This document shows positions 27,364 through 32,044 of a stretch of DNA of 32,044 nucleotides, piece by piece. Location of the stretch: the sequence record SRR31156797_16013. The stretch is one strand, 5' to 3'. The notes under the pieces were generated by a model. That model was not told the origin of the DNA and did no database searches. It saw only the letters and a list, made by a program, of their open reading frames with translations. Position numbers and translations under genes: made by a program. Each line of letters begins with the position of its first letter. Position 1 is the first letter of the stretch.

Positions 27364-28077
27364 ATGTTAAAACAAATCTATTTTATACTCTTCCTATTCT
27401 TAATTGTAAGTTGTGAAGAAGTAGAGCCAACTGACAACCCAAATATGAACTATCCTGAAGATATTATTGTTCAATACAAATTCGATGGAGATGCGAATGA
27501 TTATTCTCAATACAATCTTCATGGAGAAATTTTTGGTGCAACACTCACAACTGATAGATATGGAATAGATAATAAAGCTTTATATTTTGATGGAATAGAC
27601 GACTACGTAAAAGTAGAATATGACGAAGTCCTAAATATTGACACGCCCTTTACTTTTACCGCTTGGATAAATCCAGAATATCTAGTTCATGATATATATG
27701 CAGACTCATATGTAATTTTTGCACAATCTGCTCCCTATGATGAAATATACAGTCTAAATGTCAATTATAGATCTTTTATGTGTGGACATATCGGATATCA
27801 ATGTTACACCCCAGTTAATGAATGGACAATGTATGCTGTTACATTAGATAATGACAGCGTCATTTCTTTTTATAGAAATGATGTAAGAATTGCACGCACA
27901 ACCTTAACATCAATTATTTCAGCATTAAATGGAGAATATGATGGTGATCTATATATCGGAAAAGATGCAAACGAATTTTTTCAGTATTTCCAAGGTAAAA
28001 TAGATGATATAATAATTTTCAATCGGTGCCTGGATAAAGATGAAATTGTAGACTTGTATAATAATGAATATTTCTGA
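27364..28077 (+). CDS. LamG/concanavalin-like domain lipoprotein
   Basis: Lipobox IVS|C then EEVE; YKFDGDAND, DRYG...ALYFDG, TFTAWI, FQGKIDDIIIFNRCL. Confidence 0.85.
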   Translation: MLKQIYFILFLFLIVSCEEVEPTDNPNMNYPEDIIVQYKFDGDANDYSQYNLHGEIFGATLTTDRYGIDNKALYFDGIDDYVKVEYDEVLNIDTPFTFTAWINPEYLVHDIYADSYVIFAQSAPYDEIYSLNVNYRSFMCGHIGYQCYTPVNEWTMYAVTLDNDSVISFYRNDVRIARTTLTSIISALNGEYDGDLYIGKDANEFFQYFQGKIDDIIIFNRCLDKDEIVDLYNNEYF

Positions 28078-28383
28078 ATTCGGAGTTTTATTGATTAAAA
28101 GCTGCCAGTCCAATACACCAATAATCTATCGTTCACTTATAACTTTTTATTTCAATTGGTTTAAGATATAACTACAATAAAATTAAGTTATCCTGAAGTA
28201 ATTAAATAAAGTAAGTGCTTTTAATAGTATACAGATCCTACATTTTGATAAAGTCTACTGCAAAATCTGATACATTAATTTTAATAATAATTAAGATTTA
28301 TATGTAGTTGAAAACTTTCTTCTGTATTTTTCAGTTTATAGTTGTTAGTGAAGTATTGATTATAAATTGCGTGAGTAAAACGA

Positions 28384-29505
28384 ATGAAAAGGATATTAAA
28401 GATGATTGGACTTTCAATATTGGGAATTATTGTTTTAGGAGTTATTGGCATTGCATTGTTTATGACATTCAGTCCGCAATTTGGTGGTAGTTTATCGAAA
28501 CAGCAGAAAGCTGAATATGAAAAACTCGACAATTTCAAAAAAGGCAAATTCCAAAACCCGGAACCAAGCCCCATGGATATGAATTTCAGGAAGGTTTTTA
28601 AAGAGATGATGAACAAGTCACCAAACCGAAGTCCAAATGAAAATATCCCGGTAGAAAAAATTGATTCTGCAACCATTGCAAACTACAATTCAGAAAAAAC
28701 ACGACTTACCTGGTTTGGACACTCCACGTTTTTACTGGAAATGGATGGGAAAAAAATCCTCATTGATCCAATGTTGAGCAAAAAACCTTCACCTGTCTCC
28801 TTTTCCGGACCTACAAGATACTCAGATGAACTACCAATAACTGCCGAAAAACTACCCTACATTGATGCCGTAATTCTCTCCCACGACCATTACGATCACC
28901 TGGACTATAAGACCATTAAAGCTATCAAAGATAAAGTCGGACAATTCTACACTCCTTTGGGCGTTGGCAATCACCTGAAAAAATGGGGTGTGGATGAGGC
29001 GATCATTCATGAACTAAACTGGAGTGATAGCATCCAATTTGAACATATCAGTTTGGCTTGCACACCAGCACGTCATTTCTCTGGGCGTGGGTTATTTAAC
29101 CGAGCTACGACACTCTGGTGTTCCTGGGTAATCCAAGGAAAAAATGACAATATCTTTTTCAGCGGTGATAGTGGTTATGGTAAGCATTTCAAAGAAATTG
29201 GCGAACAATATGGACCATTCGATATCTCTTTAATGGAATGCGGCCAGTACAATGAAAACTGGAAACTCATTCACATGATGCCCGAGCAAACAGCCCAAGC
29301 AACAGTTGATCTGAAAAGCAAACTCATAATGCCCATTCATTGGGGCGCTTTCACCCTGGCTTTTCACAACTGGACAGATCCTATTGAACGATCACTTGTC
29401 AAAGCAAATGAACTGGGTATGCCCATGGCTACTCCAAGAATTGGAGAACCAATTATTATTGGATCGGAAGAGATTCCACAGGAAAAATGGTGGGAACAAA
29501 TTTAA
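28384..29505 (+). CDS. MBL-fold metallo-hydrolase, NAPE-PLD/RomA-like, N-terminally membrane anchored
   Basis: TWFGHST, SHDHYDHLD, PARHFSGRG, FSGDSGY, PIHWGAF. Confidence 0.9.
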   Translation: MKRILKMIGLSILGIIVLGVIGIALFMTFSPQFGGSLSKQQKAEYEKLDNFKKGKFQNPEPSPMDMNFRKVFKEMMNKSPNRSPNENIPVEKIDSATIANYNSEKTRLTWFGHSTFLLEMDGKKILIDPMLSKKPSPVSFSGPTRYSDELPITAEKLPYIDAVILSHDHYDHLDYKTIKAIKDKVGQFYTPLGVGNHLKKWGVDEAIIHELNWSDSIQFEHISLACTPARHFSGRGLFNRATTLWCSWVIQGKNDNIFFSGDSGYGKHFKEIGEQYGPFDISLMECGQYNENWKLIHMMPEQTAQATVDLKSKLIMPIHWGAFTLAFHNWTDPIERSLVKANELGMPMATPRIGEPIIIGSEEIPQEKWWEQI

Positions 29506-29567
29506 AATAAAGCCAAATAAGTCCATTGATTTTGGCTATTTTAGCTTTAACCAATAAACTAAAGTGT

Positions 29568-30200
29568 ATGAAAGTAATTTCCACCAATATTGGAGAAAGA
29601 AAAAAGGTAAAATGGGAGAATAAAGAGGTTTACACTGGAATTTATAAATACCCAACAAAAAAACCTATAGCGCTGGGTATTACAGACGTTGAAAATGACT
29701 TTGTGGTTGATCGCAGATACCACGGCGGCAATGATAAAGCATGTTATCTATATTCGGCAGATCACTACACATTCTGGAAAAAGCAATATCCTGATTTAGA
29801 TTGGCAGTGGGGTATGTTTGGTGAAAATCTTACTGTAGAAGTTTTGGATGAAGATTTGTTAAATATTGGCGATATTCTCAAAATTGGCGATACTGAAGTT
29901 CAGGTTACCCAACCCCGACAACCTTGCTTTAAACTTAACATCCGGTTAAAAGATAAACACGCAACGAAAAAATTTGTACAGGCAGAAAAACCCGGTGTTT
30001 ATGTGCGCGTTTTAAAAACTGGAAAAATTAAAGCAGGCAATACAGTTGAAATCATAAGAAAATTTAATAATAATCCATCCGTTAATATGATATACCACTT
30101 TCTATATCACCCTAAAGAAAATATAGAAGGCATTAAAAAAGCAATAGAGATACCGGAATTAGCTGAAAGTTGCAGAAACGATTTGAAAAAACTAGTTTAA
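29568..30200 (+). CDS. MOSC domain protein (YiiM-like)
   Basis: TGIYK, HGGNDKA, FGENL, QPRQPCFKL (conserved Cys). ATG 29568 preferred over TTG 29526. Confidence 0.88.
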   Translation: MKVISTNIGERKKVKWENKEVYTGIYKYPTKKPIALGITDVENDFVVDRRYHGGNDKACYLYSADHYTFWKKQYPDLDWQWGMFGENLTVEVLDEDLLNIGDILKIGDTEVQVTQPRQPCFKLNIRLKDKHATKKFVQAEKPGVYVRVLKTGKIKAGNTVEIIRKFNNNPSVNMIYHFLYHPKENIEGIKKAIEIPELAESCRNDLKKLV

Positions 30201-30206
30201 TAAACT

Positions 30207-30938
30207 ATGGAAAAATATAAGGACATCACCAGGCGTACGATTTATGCTATCATTCTCTTCGGAATTACAATGGGTATGTTCGAAGCTGCAGTAGTTATAT
30301 ACTTGCGGGAATTATATTATCCCGGCGGATTTACCTTTCCGCTGCAGCTTACATCAGAAAGTGTTGCAGTAACAGAATTTTTAAGAGAAATTGCATCGCT
30401 TTTCATGATTGGTACTGTTGCATGGTTAGGTGGTAAGACTTTCACACAGCGTTTTGCCTGGTTTCTAATTATTTTTGCAATTTGGGATATTTTCTACTAT
30501 GTTTTTCTAAAAGCCCTTATCGGTTGGCCTGAATCTTTCATGACCTGGGATATTTTATTCCTGATACCTGTACATTGGACCGGCCCTGTTATAACCCCCA
30601 TTATCGCTGCTGTATTGATGATATTGCTTGGCGCCTTTATGCTTCGTTTTTCAGTATTTCGGGAAAAGGCGGCGCGTATCAATCGCCGTGAGTGGTGGTT
30701 GTTAGGCAGCGGAGCGTTCGTTGTATTTGTCTCCTTTATAATTGATTACACGATTTATCTTTTTGAAAACTATGGCCACTTTAGCCAACCAGATTTGATG
30801 GATACGCTCAACAACCTCTCTATTAACTATGTACCTGCAAAGTTTTACTGGTGGATATATATATTAGGGATTGTGCTAATTATATCATCAATAATAATGT
30901 ACGCTCGACGCAATCAAAAAACGTTCATCAGCGATTAA
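30207..30938 (+). CDS. Hypothetical polytopic membrane protein
   Basis: About 6 TM segments; motifs EAAVVIYLR, EFLRE, WDIFYY, WDILFLIP; begins 6 nt after the MOSC gene. Confidence 0.75.
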   Translation: MEKYKDITRRTIYAIILFGITMGMFEAAVVIYLRELYYPGGFTFPLQLTSESVAVTEFLREIASLFMIGTVAWLGGKTFTQRFAWFLIIFAIWDIFYYVFLKALIGWPESFMTWDILFLIPVHWTGPVITPIIAAVLMILLGAFMLRFSVFREKAARINRREWWLLGSGAFVVFVSFIIDYTIYLFENYGHFSQPDLMDTLNNLSINYVPAKFYWWIYILGIVLIISSIIMYARRNQKTFISD

Positions 30939-31975
30939 TAGTCTTCTTCCTGACTTTTAACCAACTCTTTTGTGGATAATAGTCCACAAGCTGCAAAAAT
31001 ATCTTCGCCACGAGATGCTCTGATAGTTGTCAAAATACCCTTGTCGTTAAGCATTTCTTTAAACTTCAAAATTGTCTGGTCATCAGATCCTTCAAGGGTT
31101 GAATCAGGGATGGGATGAAAGCGGATTAAGTTAATTCGGCAACGCACACCTTTAAGTAATTTTACTAACTCATCCACATGAGCCATTGTATCATTTAGGC
31201 CCTTAAACATAATGTATTCAAATGAAACCCTGCGTTGCAAACCAAAATCAAAGCTTTTAATCTCACTCACCACATCTTTTAAAGCATATACACTTTCAAC
31301 AGGCATTAAGGCTTTACGCTCCTCATCACAAGGCGTATGCATGCTTACCGCCAGATGAGCTTCAGAATTTTCTAAAAAGGTTTTCATAGCCGGAATAATT
31401 CCAATGGTAGAAACGGTTATTCTTCTAGGACTCATTGCATAACCCCAATCCGCTGTTAGTATTTCAATACTTTTCAATACCTCTTCCAGATTATCGAATG
31501 GCTCACCCATGCCCATATACACAATATTTGAAATGTCCTGAAATTCATCAATGGACCGATATTGGTTTACAATTTCACCGGCTGTTAGATTACTTTGAAA
31601 TCCCTGGCGGGCAGTCATGCAAAACAAGCAACCCATTTTGCAACCCACTTGTGATGAAACACAAATTGTTTTTCTATCCTTATCCGGAATCATGGCTGTT
31701 TCAATGAAATTTTTGCCCTTTGCAGGGAAGAGATATTTTTTAGTACCGTCAGTACTCTCATCTACCTTTATTGAGGGAATCAATCCTACCTGAAAACCTT
31801 CAGAAAGCAGCTCTCTGTTTTTCTTTGAGATATTAGTCATCTCATCAATGGTAGATATCTCTTTCTTGTACAACCACTCACTAATCTGTTTTGCTGTAAA
31901 ACCTGGGAGTTTTAATTCACTGCAAATATCTTTTAATTCATTTAATGTTTTCCCGAAAAGATTTTCTTTACTCAT
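30935..31975 (-). CDS. rlmN: 23S rRNA (adenine(2503)-C2)-methyltransferase, radical SAM
   Basis: DGTKKYLF, IETA, CVSSQVGCKMGCLFC (CxxxCxxC), MGMGEP, RGEDIFAACG. Confidence 0.95.
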   Translation of the reverse strand: MSKENLFGKTLNELKDICSELKLPGFTAKQISEWLYKKEISTIDEMTNISKKNRELLSEGFQVGLIPSIKVDESTDGTKKYLFPAKGKNFIETAMIPDKDRKTICVSSQVGCKMGCLFCMTARQGFQSNLTAGEIVNQYRSIDEFQDISNIVYMGMGEPFDNLEEVLKSIEILTADWGYAMSPRRITVSTIGIIPAMKTFLENSEAHLAVSMHTPCDEERKALMPVESVYALKDVVSEIKSFDFGLQRRVSFEYIMFKGLNDTMAHVDELVKLLKGVRCRINLIRFHPIPDSTLEGSDDQTILKFKEMLNDKGILTTIRASRGEDIFAACGLLSTKELVKSQEEDY

Positions 31976-32044
31976 GTTTTGTATTTCAAATAATTATAAA
32001 TCTTATTTTATTCTAAACTTTTTTTCTTGAAAAAAAAAGTTACA

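Noticed and set aside
28281-28676. 131-aa minus-strand ORF and 60-aa plus-strand ORF at 28308-28490
   Set aside because: Both overlap the 5' part of the MBL hydrolase gene and show no family features
28384-29505. Beta-lactamase or resistance gene
   Set aside because: HDHYDH, PARHFSGRG and PIHWG motifs indicate the NAPE-PLD/RomA-like branch, not class B beta-lactamases
1192-31707. Numerous short (60-107 aa) ORFs antisense to or out of frame within long genes (e.g. 1192-1419, 5687-5971, 15148-15471, 18199-18492, 31435-31707)
   Set aside because: They overlap well-supported CDSs almost entirely, have no recognisable motifs and look like shadow ORFs
30935-31975. cfr-type resistance methyltransferase
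   Set aside because: CVSSQVGC, MGMGEP and overall features fit housekeeping RlmN; no mobile context

Overview
A 32 kb, AT-rich, gene-dense chromosomal window from a Bacteroidota bacterium, probably Bacteroidia. The assignment rests on several TAnnTTTG -7 promoter motifs, no Shine-Dalgarno signals, a T9SS C-terminal domain, signal peptides followed by Gln, and dapB-lepB-lepB2 synteny. Housekeeping genes (miaA paralogue, dapB, lepB, glyA, rlmN) are interleaved with cell-envelope modules: a TonB-dependent receptor, a six-gene glycosylation cluster (ArnT-like GT, UPF0104 flippase-like protein, UDP-glucuronate 4-epimerase, GT4, unknown polytopic protein, GtrB-like GT2), a 1388-aa T9SS-secreted beta-propeller/PKD/cleaved-adhesin protein, an MBOAT + SGNH pair and a LamG lipoprotein. 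The most notable element is a compact (330 aa) BLUF-class III cyclase fusion, a bPAC/OaPAC-type photoactivated adenylyl cyclase. It keeps all the photocycle and catalytic residues checked, has a CRP-family-like palindrome (TGTAA-N6-TTACA) on its start codon, and is divergent from a hemolysin III/PAQR gene. Also notable is a signal peptidase I paralogue whose catalytic Ser and Lys are both substituted. No rRNA, tRNA, CRISPR array or mobile element was recognised. All family calls come from motif recognition by eye; no database searches were run.
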